64,000 nt of DNA from an uncultured Alphaproteobacteria bacterium (GCA_964647725.1 CAZYJI010000003.1:70121-134120); one strand, 5' to 3'. Positions 29,036 through 38,610 are shown, counted from the stretch's first letter. Numbers and translations are program-made. The notes: a model not told the origin generated them from the sequence alone.

Positions 29036-31042
29036 TTACTTTCCTAATTTAGACTTTGCCAATTCAACTACTTTGTCCGGCGTGATGCCGAAATGTTTAA
29101 ACAAATCACCCGCTGGCGCCGATGCGCCAAAGGAATTCATACCAACAAATCCGCCACCCGGACCGATAAAACCATCCCAGCCCTGACGCACGCCGGCCTC
29201 GATCGCGATTTTGACTTTGCTGTTGCCGATCACTTGCGATTGATACGCCGCATCTTGTTGTGCGAACAACGCGCAACATGGCACCGACACAATGCGCGTT
29301 GCAATACCTTGTGTATCCAATTTCGCCTTGGCATCCATCGCAACGCCAATTTCGGATCCAGTTGCAAACAACGTTACTGGCGCATTTGGTGCATCGACCA
29401 AAATATACGCGCCGCGCGCGGAGAAATTTTCGGTTGCATTATCGCGCACATGCGGCACTGCCTGACGGGTCAATGCAATCACGCTTGGGCCGTCCTGGCG
29501 GCTTAAGGCCAGTTCCCAGCATTCCGCAACCTCGACCGAATCGGCCGGACGGAAGAACCATAAATTCGGAATCGCGCGCAATGCGGCATAATGTTCGACC
29601 GGTTGATGCGTCGGTCCATCTTCGCCAAGCCCGATCGAATCATGCGTCATTACATAAATCACACGCTGATGCATGATCGCCGACAAACGAATCGCCGGGC
29701 GGCAATAATCCGTGAAAATCAAAAACGTGCCGCCATACGGAATAATCCCGCCATGCAGGCTCATCCCATTCATTGCCGCCGCCATACCATGTTCGCGCAC
29801 ACCGTAATGAATGTATGTTCCGGCATAAGTGGGCGCCGCAACAACGGTGTGCGTTTTGACCTTGGTATTATTGGATGGCGTTAAATCGGCCGAACCGCCG
29901 ACCATTTCCGGCAATAAAGGCTGAACAACTTCTAACACTTTGCCGGACGATTGACGGGTCGCCAATTTTTCGCGCTTTGCAATCAAATCGGCTTTGAATT
30001 TCGCCAAGGCTTCGGAAACATTGACTGGAATTTTGCCCTCTAAACGGCGGGTAAATTCAATGCGTTTTTCGTGGGCACCCAAGCGTTTTTGCCAAGCATT
30101 ATATTGTTCCGCGCCGCGCGCGCCGATGGTACGCCAGGCATGCAAAATATTTTGCGGAATTTCAAATTCCGGCGCATCCCAAATCAATTTCGCGCGCGTG
30201 CCGGAAATTTCTTCCGCGCCCAAGGGCGAGCCGTGCGAATCATGCGTGCCGGCTTTTTTCGGCGCGCCATAACCGATCACGGTACGACAAGCAATCATCG
30301 TCGGACGGTCGGATTTTTGCGCGCGTTGCAATGCGCCCGCGATTTCATCCGGCTTGTGGCCATCGACGCGTTCGGCGTTCCATCCAGCCGCCTTGAACCG
30401 CGCGACTTGATCGCCGGATTCCGATAAATGCAATTCGCCATCGATGCTGATGTTATTGTCATCAAACAGCACGATCAATTTACCCAATTTCATATGCCCG
30501 GCGAGCGAGATTGCCTCGTGGCTGATGCCTTCCATCAAATCGCCATCGCTGGCGATGTCCTAGGTGTAATGATTGACCAATTCATCGCCAAAACTGGCGT
30601 GCATAATTCTTTCGGCCAATGCAAATCCAACCGAATTGGCGATGCCTTGTCCCAATGGACCGGTGGTGGTTTCAATTCCGGCCGCATAACCATATTCCGG
30701 ATGGCCAGCCGTTCTGCTGCCCAATTGACGGAATTTTTTGATTTCATCGATGGTCATATCTTCATAACCGGTCAGATATAACAACGAATACAACAACATC
30801 GATCCGTGACCGGCCGATAAAATAAACCGATCGCGATCCGGCCAGGCGGGATTTTTCGGATCGAATTTTAAAAATTGGCTGAATAAAACCGTGGCAACAT
30901 CGGCCATACCCATCGGCATACCGGGATGACCGGATTTGGCGCGTTCGACCGCATCCATAGACAAAAATCGAATGGCGTTGGCCATTTGGTCATGGGGAAT
31001 GTCAATTTTAGGGGAAATTTCGATTTTCGCGGCTAACGTCAT
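29036..31042 (-). pseudogene. tkt: transketolase interrupted by a single in-frame TAG
   Basis: N-terminal 160-aa ORF ([12 protein letters not shown] ... ELVNHYT) and C-terminal 500-aa ORF (MEGISHEA ...) are in the same frame, separated by TAG at 30560-30562 where Tyr is expected. The GDG thiamine-diphosphate motif is still present. Confidence 0.7.
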
Positions 31043-31189
31043 ATATCCTCGGTTTTGTATATATTATAAGCATCACAATTAGGTCCAAAATCATCCACCG
31101 TCAACTGTTAAGCGAAAACTTTAAAGGTTGACGAAACAGAAATTCTATCCATAATTCGAAACCGTAACAATATACCACAGGGATTCCAC

Positions 31190-31447
31190 ATGACTGCACC
31201 AACCCCAGATTCTTCCAAAAGCGCGAGCGACCGTTTACTGGGCGCCTTGACCCGTTTAGAACAAGCCATTGGCGATATCGAAAAAAAGCTGAACACCATT
31301 GCTTCGGCCAATGACGACAAATTGAAAAATCTGGAACAGCAATTGGGATCGGTGAAACAGCAATATTCGCAGTTGAACGAAGTAACCCAACAAGTTGCAA
31401 CCAAGCTTGACGAAAATATGGAAAAACTGCGCAAACTGGCCGCCTAA
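31190..31447 (+). CDS. coiled-coil protein, ZauP-like (DUF4164)
   Basis: Small coiled-coil ORF immediately upstream of zapA, as in Caulobacter zauP-zapA. Confidence 0.5.
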   Translation: MTAPTPDSSKSASDRLLGALTRLEQAIGDIEKKLNTIASANDDKLKNLEQQLGSVKQQYSQLNEVTQQVATKLDENMEKLRKLAA

Positions 31448-31464
31448 TATTCAAAGGACATTCT

Positions 31465-31794
31465 ATGTCGCAAATATCCGTTCAAATCAATAATGTGCCC
31501 TATACCCTGGCTTGCGATGATGGCCAGGAATCCCAAGTGCGGGATTTGGCCAAATATGTCGACGCCAAAATTAGCGAATTGAAGAAATCCCTTGGCCATG
31601 TCGGCGAGGCGCGTTTATTGGTCCTAGCCGCGCTTAAACTGGCCGATGAACTGGCCGAAGCCTATTCCTATATCGATAAATTGGAGGGGCAAAAAGCGGA
31701 AACCCTGTCTTCAACGACCGCCCAGCTGGCCGCCAGCCAGATTGAGGGGCTGGTTAAGTCTATCGAATCTATCACCGCAAAACTAGCCGCGTAA
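31465..31794 (+). CDS. zapA: cell division protein ZapA
   Basis: VQINNVPYTLACDDGQESQVRDLAKYVDAKI. Confidence 0.75.
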   Translation: MSQISVQINNVPYTLACDDGQESQVRDLAKYVDAKISELKKSLGHVGEARLLVLAALKLADELAEAYSYIDKLEGQKAETLSSTTAQLAASQIEGLVKSIESITAKLAA

Positions 31795-31807
31795 TAACAA
31801 TTCGCAA

Positions 31808-32419
31808 TTACCTATTATTCTGACCAATCTTTTGTGCGCGCATCGCGGCCGTTTGAACCGATGGTATCACTCCGGCTTCGATGGCAGCCCTATCTACGGG
31901 GGCAATCATTTCTGGCGCGTTTCTGGTATAATAATTTTGTAACGCTGGATAATATTCCCGACCAAACCTATTGAACCATTCCTCGTTAGTCACTGCCTTA
32001 ATCAACGGTTGACTGAATTCAAAAGAAACTTCGCCATATCTTCCGTCAAAATCCAGCCTGGCTAATTGCAATTGGCCATCAATTCCTGGATAGGCACAAT
32101 ACGCCCAATAATCACGGCGATAATTATTCTCTTGTTGTTGGCATTTATTGCACCAAGAGCTAACAACCACCCTTTTGTAATACACTTCATAAAAAAATAA
32201 TGGGCTGCCTAACATTTCTGCCATTTGTTTTTCTTGAGCGGCAACCGCAGCGGCAATTTCCCGTTTTTCCTGTTCTGCCTGAGCTTCTTCCTCAGCCGCT
32301 CTTTGTTTTTCCCATTCTGCGAACTTTTCACAGCCTGATAACAAGGACAGGCTACATACCGCAACTGCTGCAGCTATTGCAGCTACGGGTAAAAAAGAGG
32401 CTTTATGCTGAATTTCCAT
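31808..32419 (-). CDS. hypothetical lipoprotein
   Basis: Lipobox LLSGC after a signal peptide (start MEIQHK). Low-GC body. Inserted between zapA and the predicted ssrS. Confidence 0.5.
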   Translation of the reverse strand: MEIQHKASFLPVAAIAAAVAVCSLSLLSGCEKFAEWEKQRAAEEEAQAEQEKREIAAAVAAQEKQMAEMLGSPLFFYEVYYKRVVVSSWCNKCQQQENNYRRDYWAYCAYPGIDGQLQLARLDFDGRYGEVSFEFSQPLIKAVTNEEWFNRFGREYYPALQNYYTRNAPEMIAPVDRAAIEAGVIPSVQTAAMRAQKIGQNNR

Positions 32420-32504
32420 AGCAATCTCCCCATGATCGAATGCGCCACATAATATCAACCATTTCTTTATTGGCAAATTTATTTTATTGGGGTCTGGATT
32501 AAAG

Positions 32505-32535
32505 TTGCCTAAAAGATTGATATGATTTATATAAT
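32505..32535 (+). promoter_or_regulatory. sigma70-like promoter (TTGCCT-N19-TATAAT) for the predicted 6S RNA
   Basis: Perfect -10 TATAAT at 32530-32535 places the transcription start at about 32542, the predicted 6S 5' end. Confidence 0.35.
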
Positions 32536-32540
32536 CTATT

Positions 32541-32705
32541 GGTAAGCGGCCTTTCGCGTTAGGGTGCATGCAACCCACCGGCCGATTAAAACTCTTCGGG
32601 AGCTGTCTCTGTCTGGGCCGTGGTTCAGGTATATGGTTCCCACCTGGTCTTTTGGGCCATGGCGGAGTTCATCGTCACCCAACGGTCACGGCGGCTTACC
32701 AACTT
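32541..32705 (+). ncRNA. ssrS: 6S RNA (SsrS), predicted
   Basis: The 5' GGUAAGCGGCC pairs with the 3' GGCGGCUUACC, and GGGUG pairs with CACCC, giving a long closing helix around a central region. About 165 nt, immediately upstream of 5-formyl-THF cyclo-ligase (the conserved ssrS-ygfA arrangement). Confidence 0.55.
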
Positions 32706-32714
32706 GGAATTTGA

Positions 32715-33293
32715 ATGACCGATCTTGAATTAGCCAAAAAATCCTTACGCGAAGAAGTTTTGAAAAAGCGCAGTGCCGTGCACAGCATGTCGCGCGAACG
32801 CGCCGCGAACACGATTCGCGATTTATTTTTACAAGCCTTGCCGTTACGCCCCGGTTCTATTGTCGCCGGATATTGGCCGTTGCCGGGCGAAGTAGATTCC
32901 ACCCCGCTTTTAAACGCGCTCGCGGAAAAGAAATTTGAAATTTGCCTGCCGGTTGTAACCGAACACGAATCGCCGCTGATTTTCCGCAAGTGGACGGTAG
33001 GGATGAATTTAGGCGAAGGGTACGCGGGTACGCGTATTCCACCAGCAGAATCGCCAATCTTAAACCCGGATATTTTGGTGGTGCCCTTGGTGGCGTTTGA
33101 CCGCGCCGGATATCGTTTGGGTTATGGCGGCGGGTTTTACGACCGCACCTTAAACGCCATGCGCGCCCAGCGGCAGATTATGGCGGTTGGATTGGCCTAT
33201 GCGGCACAACAAGTTCCCTTGGTCCCGCACGAAGGCACCGATGAAAAACTGGATTGGGTAGTAACCGAAGAACTGGCAATTAACTGTAATTAG
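32715..33293 (+). CDS. ygfA: 5-formyltetrahydrofolate cyclo-ligase
   Basis: GYWPLPGEVD ... GYGGGFYDRTL. Confidence 0.85.
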   Translation: MTDLELAKKSLREEVLKKRSAVHSMSRERAANTIRDLFLQALPLRPGSIVAGYWPLPGEVDSTPLLNALAEKKFEICLPVVTEHESPLIFRKWTVGMNLGEGYAGTRIPPAESPILNPDILVVPLVAFDRAGYRLGYGGGFYDRTLNAMRAQRQIMAVGLAYAAQQVPLVPHEGTDEKLDWVVTEELAINCN

Positions 33294-33309
33294 GCCTGTA
33301 TTCTTTAGA

Positions 33310-33338
33310 TTGACAAAAATATCCTGAAAAAATATAGT
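33310..33338 (+). promoter_or_regulatory. consensus-like sigma70 promoter TTGACA-N17-TATAGT
   Basis: Read directly from the sequence, about 28 nt upstream of the ORF at 33367. Confidence 0.4.
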
Positions 33339-33366
33339 CTCTACTATATAAAAATCAGGAGCCCGT

Positions 33367-33876
33367 ATGTCAGCCGCCATTGCCGAAGAACCACCAAAAG
33401 CAACAACATCTCCCAAACCTGCCAAAACCCAAAAAATTCTATTCCCGGGTTTTTCGAACGTAAATACTCAACCTAAGACAGCGGTATTCCGCGCCATGCA
33501 AGCGCCGCATGGTTACGATTTATCTATTTATCCCATAGTCGATGAGCCCGCGAGCCTGGAAAATTGCGCCTTGATCGTTACCGACATGCCGCATCAGGTG
33601 TTCGTTTATAATGAACTCAGTGGAGGCAGAATCCCGATCTTGTTTATCGGCGACAGACAAGCCCTGGAAAAATTGGGACCTCAATATTTAAAACTATCCC
33701 ACATACATACTTTGAAACCGCACAAAGGCGAAGTTCAATTGGGCAATCCAGGCGAACTTTTTGCCCCTACTACATACAGCGAAAGCCTGGTCCAACGCAT
33801 CAACGACAAAATCGCGCGGATCTTGCGCATTGACGCTGAACGCAAAAATCGCGCCGGCGAAAGAAGCAGCAAATAA
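33367..33876 (+). CDS. hypothetical protein with a degenerate receiver-like (CheY-like) layout
   Basis: Spacing of the conserved Asp (TDMP) and the K-P pair matches CheY D57 and K109-P110, but the N-terminal acidic pair is replaced by FPG. Confidence 0.4.
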   Translation: MSAAIAEEPPKATTSPKPAKTQKILFPGFSNVNTQPKTAVFRAMQAPHGYDLSIYPIVDEPASLENCALIVTDMPHQVFVYNELSGGRIPILFIGDRQALEKLGPQYLKLSHIHTLKPHKGEVQLGNPGELFAPTTYSESLVQRINDKIARILRIDAERKNRAGERSSK

Positions 33877-33915
33877 TAATTCGACAATAGACCGGTTTTA
33901 TTTTATTTAAACGTT

Positions 33916-34704
33916 ATGAAAATTCTTTTCCTTGGCGATGTGGTGGGCCGTTCGGGCCGTGATGCGGTGATCGGCAATTTGAGAAAATTGCGCGCCGAAC
34001 ACGCCATCGATTTCACCATTATCAATGTCGATAACGCCGCGCATGGATTCGGCGTAACGCCCGCCATTGCCGAAGATTTTTTTGCCGTCGGCGCGGATTG
34101 TTTGACGCTGGGCAATCATGGATTCGATCAAAAAGAAATTCTAACCGTACTGGACAAAGAATCCCGTTTGATTCGCGGCAATAATTATCCCAAAGGTACA
34201 TTGGGGCGCGGGCAAAATATTTTCGCCCTGCCCGATGGCCGCAAAATCGCGGTAATACACACAATCGGCCGCCTGTTCATGGATGTTTTGGATTGCCCAT
34301 TCCAACGCACCAACGATGATTTGCAAAATCTGCGGCTCGCCGGAAATGTGCAGGCGATTTTTGTCGATATTCATGCCGAAGCAAGTTCCGAAAAAATGGC
34401 GATGGGTCATTATCTTGATGGCCGCGTTAGCGCGGTTGTCGGCACGCACACCCATATCCCAACATCCGATTTAATGATTTTCCCAGGCGGCACCGCGTAT
34501 CAAACCGATGCCGGCATGTGCGGCGATTACAATTCGGTGATCGGTTTTGTCAAAGACACGCCGATTCAACGTTATGTCCGTAAAATGCCGACGATCAAAT
34601 TAGAACCCGCGCTTGGCCCCGGACAAGTGCGCGGTTGTGTTGTCGAAACAGACGATAAAACCGGATTGGCAAAATCCATAACTCCAGTTTGTGTCCGGTC
34701 ATAA
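33916..34704 (+). CDS. YmdB-family metallophosphoesterase (TIGR00282)
   Basis: MKILFLGDVVGRSGRDAV ... GNHGFD ... GTHTHIPT. Confidence 0.8.
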   Translation: MKILFLGDVVGRSGRDAVIGNLRKLRAEHAIDFTIINVDNAAHGFGVTPAIAEDFFAVGADCLTLGNHGFDQKEILTVLDKESRLIRGNNYPKGTLGRGQNIFALPDGRKIAVIHTIGRLFMDVLDCPFQRTNDDLQNLRLAGNVQAIFVDIHAEASSEKMAMGHYLDGRVSAVVGTHTHIPTSDLMIFPGGTAYQTDAGMCGDYNSVIGFVKDTPIQRYVRKMPTIKLEPALGPGQVRGCVVETDDKTGLAKSITPVCVRS

Positions 34705-34814
34705 AATAACCTAATAAACAGCGGATAAGTTTCAGGCTCGGAATCCGACCGCTTGACGAATCTATTATACAGGCAGAGTATCTTTCTAAGCTATAACGCA
34801 GCTGAGAGGGCGAA

Positions 34815-35600
34815 ATGAATCATAAAGGGCGAAATTTAGGCGCTTTCATTGCCGGTCTTGGTTTTTTGGGGCAAATTACTTCCGCCCCGGCGCGGGATAT
34901 TCCTCATCATCACACCAACATAGGCAATATTGGTTTCTTTGAACCAAAGCAAGATAAACCCGAAGTGACGCCCTATGGCATTCGGCGCAATGTCAAAGAA
35001 TTGGTTCCGATGCCGCTTGCCCCGAGGGAAGCGAGAAGAAATCAAATCGCCGGCGCGGTTGCTGATCATGAAATTTGGTTTGGCGAACAAGATGCCTTTA
35101 AGATAGAAGTGCTGCGGATTTATACGGATTGCGCCGGAAATTGGGTTGGGAATGATCCAGGACCGGTAGATCTTGAAATATCGGCATGGAAAACCGCTAT
35201 GGTAAACGGCAAACTGGTGTGGCAGTTGGTGGTCGATCCCAAAACCGGGATACAAGACGATGCGGCTACCCTTAACGCGATTAGGGATTTAAAAACCAGA
35301 ATTGATGAAGGCAGTAAAAACAATCTGAATGCTCCCACGCCCTTGCTGAGGGTATTGTATGGGGAAATAACCGTGGATTGGGTAATCCTTGGCCAAGGCG
35401 CAATACCGACTTTTGTTGTAGAAGCATTGGATTGGTCCACCACCAATGGCAAACCGTACTTAAAAGCATTCAGCGAATTCTTAGGCCAGACGATAAAATT
35501 GGGCAATCACTTACTGCCGCAATTGGGACAAGCGATCAACCTGCCGCCGTCCAGCATGGTCATTGCAGCAGCCAGAAACCGCGCCAGGCAATATACCTAA
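34815..35600 (+). CDS. hypothetical protein, possibly exported
   Basis: N-terminal hydrophobic segment; no recognised family. Confidence 0.4.
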   Translation: MNHKGRNLGAFIAGLGFLGQITSAPARDIPHHHTNIGNIGFFEPKQDKPEVTPYGIRRNVKELVPMPLAPREARRNQIAGAVADHEIWFGEQDAFKIEVLRIYTDCAGNWVGNDPGPVDLEISAWKTAMVNGKLVWQLVVDPKTGIQDDAATLNAIRDLKTRIDEGSKNNLNAPTPLLRVLYGEITVDWVILGQGAIPTFVVEALDWSTTNGKPYLKAFSEFLGQTIKLGNHLLPQLGQAINLPPSSMVIAAARNRARQYT

Positions 35601-36469
35601 GCGCTGTCCAATTTTTCGAGGAATTTGGCGATATGTTCCAACACCAAACTGGAATCATGCGCCTTGCGTTTGGCGACGACAACTTCTAATCCTTCGATCA
35701 ACAACTGGCCGATTTCGCCGCCAATACCTTTGATTTTCTTGCGAACCACAACATGCAACGAATCGATATGGAATTTGATCAGCATCATATCCATTTTTTC
35801 TGGCGCGCCCATACCTTCGGTCAGCTTGCACAACGAATCGGCGATACGGCTGATTAGCGGATATCCATACGATCCGCCACCGCTTTTGATTTCATGGGCT
35901 TGGGCAAATAATTTGGCGACATTTTCCTTGCTGCGATCCGGAAAATGTTGTAGCGCCTGAAATGTAACGCTTAGTTCACGCAGATCCTTTGGCGCTATTC
36001 CTTCGATATAAGATACGGCCAAATTTTTAATCACCTCGGTGGCGCGGATAAAAATTCCAGCCTCGAAACCTGTTGCGCCTTCACCGACTTTTTTCTTAAG
36101 CTTATTCACCGGATGCAAAAATTCGACCAGCGTTTCGGCTTTGTCCATTTGCGGCGGCGGCCCGGCATCGACGGTAAAATCCTGTACCATGACTTCGGGA
36201 CGTTTTTTACGCATCGCGCCAGAACCAGTATCGGATGTTGTTAGCGCGGAAGATGGCGTGGATTTTACGGATGACGCCGGAGAATTCTGTGAATAATCCT
36301 GCACCATCACGTCGGGGCGTTTTTTACGCATCGAATTTTGCGCCGGTCCCGCAGCAGTAGGATTTGATGGAACGGCAGGAGATTGACCGGCCGAAGATTT
36401 ATCCGCTGGCGGCTGATCCTTGGTGGCGTCGATCACATCTGGTTTTTTGCCGCGCCGGCGAAAAATCAT
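35597..36469 (-). CDS. Hpt (histidine phosphotransfer) domain protein with N-terminal Pro/Ser-rich region and tandem repeat
   Basis: AQAHEIKSGGGSYGYPLI fits the Hpt H-x-LKG-x5-G motif. Two copies of MRKKRP(D/E)VMVQD, seen as an imperfect direct repeat of about 36 bp in the DNA near 36185 and 36295. Confidence 0.55.
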   Translation of the reverse strand: MIFRRRGKKPDVIDATKDQPPADKSSAGQSPAVPSNPTAAGPAQNSMRKKRPDVMVQDYSQNSPASSVKSTPSSALTTSDTGSGAMRKKRPEVMVQDFTVDAGPPPQMDKAETLVEFLHPVNKLKKKVGEGATGFEAGIFIRATEVIKNLAVSYIEGIAPKDLRELSVTFQALQHFPDRSKENVAKLFAQAHEIKSGGGSYGYPLISRIADSLCKLTEGMGAPEKMDMMLIKFHIDSLHVVVRKKIKGIGGEIGQLLIEGLEVVVAKRKAHDSSLVLEHIAKFLEKLDSA

Positions 36470-36478
36470 CGCATCACC

Positions 36479-37069
36479 CTAAAAATCGTCGGACAGGCCA
36501 AGGCCTGGATCCGACAATCCCAAATCGCCACCCAAATTGGACCGGCGACGTTCGACACCGTCATAAAAAGTTTGTTCTTCTTTTTTGCGGCGCCGGTCTG
36601 GCCCGAAATAAGTTTTGGTGCGCACGAACGGACGCGGATTTTCAATGACCGATTGAATACGCGCGGCAAGTTCCTTGGCCGAAATCGGCTTTGCCAGAAT
36701 TTCATTGATGCCGATATCGCGCGCAGCGGTGACCCGGAATTGTTCGGTATAGCCGGTAACGGCGATGATTGGAATAAAAGGATCGGGGCTGTCTTTGCCT
36801 TTGCGCACGCGGTCGATGAAATCCATGCCACTGACCGGCTCCATCACCAAATCGCATAAAATTAAATCGTAACCGCCGGCGGCAAGTTTTATGAACGCTT
36901 CGCGGCCATCACTGGCTTCTTGGATTGCGCCCACGCCGAATACGTTTAAAAGCGAGCGGATCAAATTGCGCATATGTTTGCTGTCGTCAACGATCAGCAC
37001 GTTTAGCTTGTCTAATTTGTAAGTTTGTTCAGTCATTAAAAACAACCAGATACTAAAAAGTGCCGCCAT
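36479..37069 (-). CDS. single-domain response regulator with a C-terminal arginine-rich extension
   Basis: Receiver motifs LIVDDS, LILCDLVMEP and AKP, followed by a roughly 70-aa tail (GPDRRRKKEE ... VERRR). Lies 9 nt upstream of the Hpt gene. Confidence 0.8.
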   Translation of the reverse strand: MAALFSIWLFLMTEQTYKLDKLNVLIVDDSKHMRNLIRSLLNVFGVGAIQEASDGREAFIKLAAGGYDLILCDLVMEPVSGMDFIDRVRKGKDSPDPFIPIIAVTGYTEQFRVTAARDIGINEILAKPISAKELAARIQSVIENPRPFVRTKTYFGPDRRRKKEEQTFYDGVERRRSNLGGDLGLSDPGLGLSDDF

Positions 37070-37255
37070 TAGAAGAGCAAAATACGGATAAAAAGCGGTT
37101 AACCGCCCCTTATACCCACAAGATATAGGCGTTTACAGTATAGATCTGCCATAGTAAGTGGGCTATAAAATAAGGGAATTTGCACGCAATTGGACGCCGG
37201 ATAAAGGCCGGTTGTCGACATATTTACAACGTCTTAGCAAGGTTTTGGATCGCAC

Positions 37256-38011
37256 ATGGCAGGCCATAGTCAGTTTAAGAATATTATGCACCGTAAGGGC
37301 GCGCAGGATAAAAAGCGCGGCAAAATATTCACCAAATTAATCCGCGAGATCACAACCGCCGCCCGCGCTGGCGCGCCGGATCCAAATACCAATCCCCGTC
37401 TTCGCGCCGCCGTCACCATGGCGCGCAACGCCAATATGCCCAAAGACACGATCGAGCGCGCGATCAAACGCGGCAGCGGCGCGGACGGCGCGGATAATTT
37501 CGAAGAAATCCGGTACGAAGGATATGGCCCAGCCGGTATTGCCATTATCGTCGAAGGATTGACCGACAACCGCACCCGCACCGCTGGCGAAGTTCGCGCC
37601 GCGTTTGCCAAGCATGGTGGAAATCTGGGCGAAACCGGCAGTGTCAGTTTCATGTTCGAACATATCGGCGCGATTTTATATCCCGTCAAAACCGGCAGCG
37701 CCGATAAAATGCTGGAGGCCGCGATTGACGCTGGCGCAGGAGATGTCGAATCCACCGAAGACGGGCATTTCATTTCTTGCGCGCCCGGCGATTTAAATCA
37801 TGTGCGCGATGCCTTAGAAAAACAATTTGGCGAGGCCGAAAGCGTAAAATTATCCTGGAAACCGACCAATCTGGTTCCGGTTCCCGAAGAAGCCGCGAAA
37901 GATTTATTGAAACTGGTCGAAGTATTAGAAGACAATGACGACGTGCAGAATGTGTACGGCAATTTCGACATCGACGCGGCGGTAATGGAAAAACTGGCCA
38001 ATGCCGGATAA
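37256..38011 (+). CDS. YebC/PmpR family DNA-binding regulator
   Basis: [28 protein letters not shown]. Confidence 0.9.
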   Translation: MAGHSQFKNIMHRKGAQDKKRGKIFTKLIREITTAARAGAPDPNTNPRLRAAVTMARNANMPKDTIERAIKRGSGADGADNFEEIRYEGYGPAGIAIIVEGLTDNRTRTAGEVRAAFAKHGGNLGETGSVSFMFEHIGAILYPVKTGSADKMLEAAIDAGAGDVESTEDGHFISCAPGDLNHVRDALEKQFGEAESVKLSWKPTNLVPVPEEAAKDLLKLVEVLEDNDDVQNVYGNFDIDAAVMEKLANAG

Positions 38012-38513
38012 ACCGCAACGCATTTTGGGCATCGATCCCGGACTTGTCCATACGGGCTGGGGGATTGTCGATTGCCAAGGCAATCAATTGCGTGGCATCG
38101 CCAGCGGCACGATTTCGGCCAGCACGAAACTGGAAACCGCCCAGCGCCTGCAATATATTTTTGAACAATTATCCGCCATAATCACCGAATATAAACCCAT
38201 GGCGGCAGCGGTCGAAGAAAGTTTTGTCGCGCAAAATTCCGCAAGCGCCCTGAAATTGGGCATGGCGCGCGGGATTGCCTTGCTGGCGCCAGCGGCGGCT
38301 GGCGTGCCAGTATGCGAATACAGCGCCAAGCTGGTCAAAAAGGCGATTGTCGGAACCGGCAATGCCGATAAAAATCAAATGTTTTTAATGGTCCAGCGTT
38401 TGTTAAAGGGCCTGATAATTGAATCCGAACATGCAGCCGACGCGCTGGCGATTGCCATTTGTCACGGCCACCACGCCCAAACGCAACAAAAATTTCATAT
38501 AAAATCCGCATAA
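38001..38513 (+). CDS. ruvC: Holliday junction resolvase RuvC
   Basis: [17 protein letters not shown]. Confidence 0.9.
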   Translation: MPDKPQRILGIDPGLVHTGWGIVDCQGNQLRGIASGTISASTKLETAQRLQYIFEQLSAIITEYKPMAAAVEESFVAQNSASALKLGMARGIALLAPAAAGVPVCEYSAKLVKKAIVGTGNADKNQMFLMVQRLLKGLIIESEHAADALAIAICHGHHAQTQQKFHIKSA

Positions 38514-38610
38514 AAACACGGTGGATGACCCAAAATAAGCGGTTGAATTCGCCGCCGATCCGGGCTATGCAATCCTTATCTTATTGATCCATTTTTACGA
38601 GGAATTCCCC

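Noticed and set aside
34797-34812. CTGAGA motif reminiscent of the TPP riboswitch core upstream of the ORF at 34815
   Set aside because: Other TPP-aptamer elements (GGGG, ACCUGAUCUGGNUAAUACCAGCG) are absent, and there is no thiamine gene downstream. It is part of the gagagg RBS.
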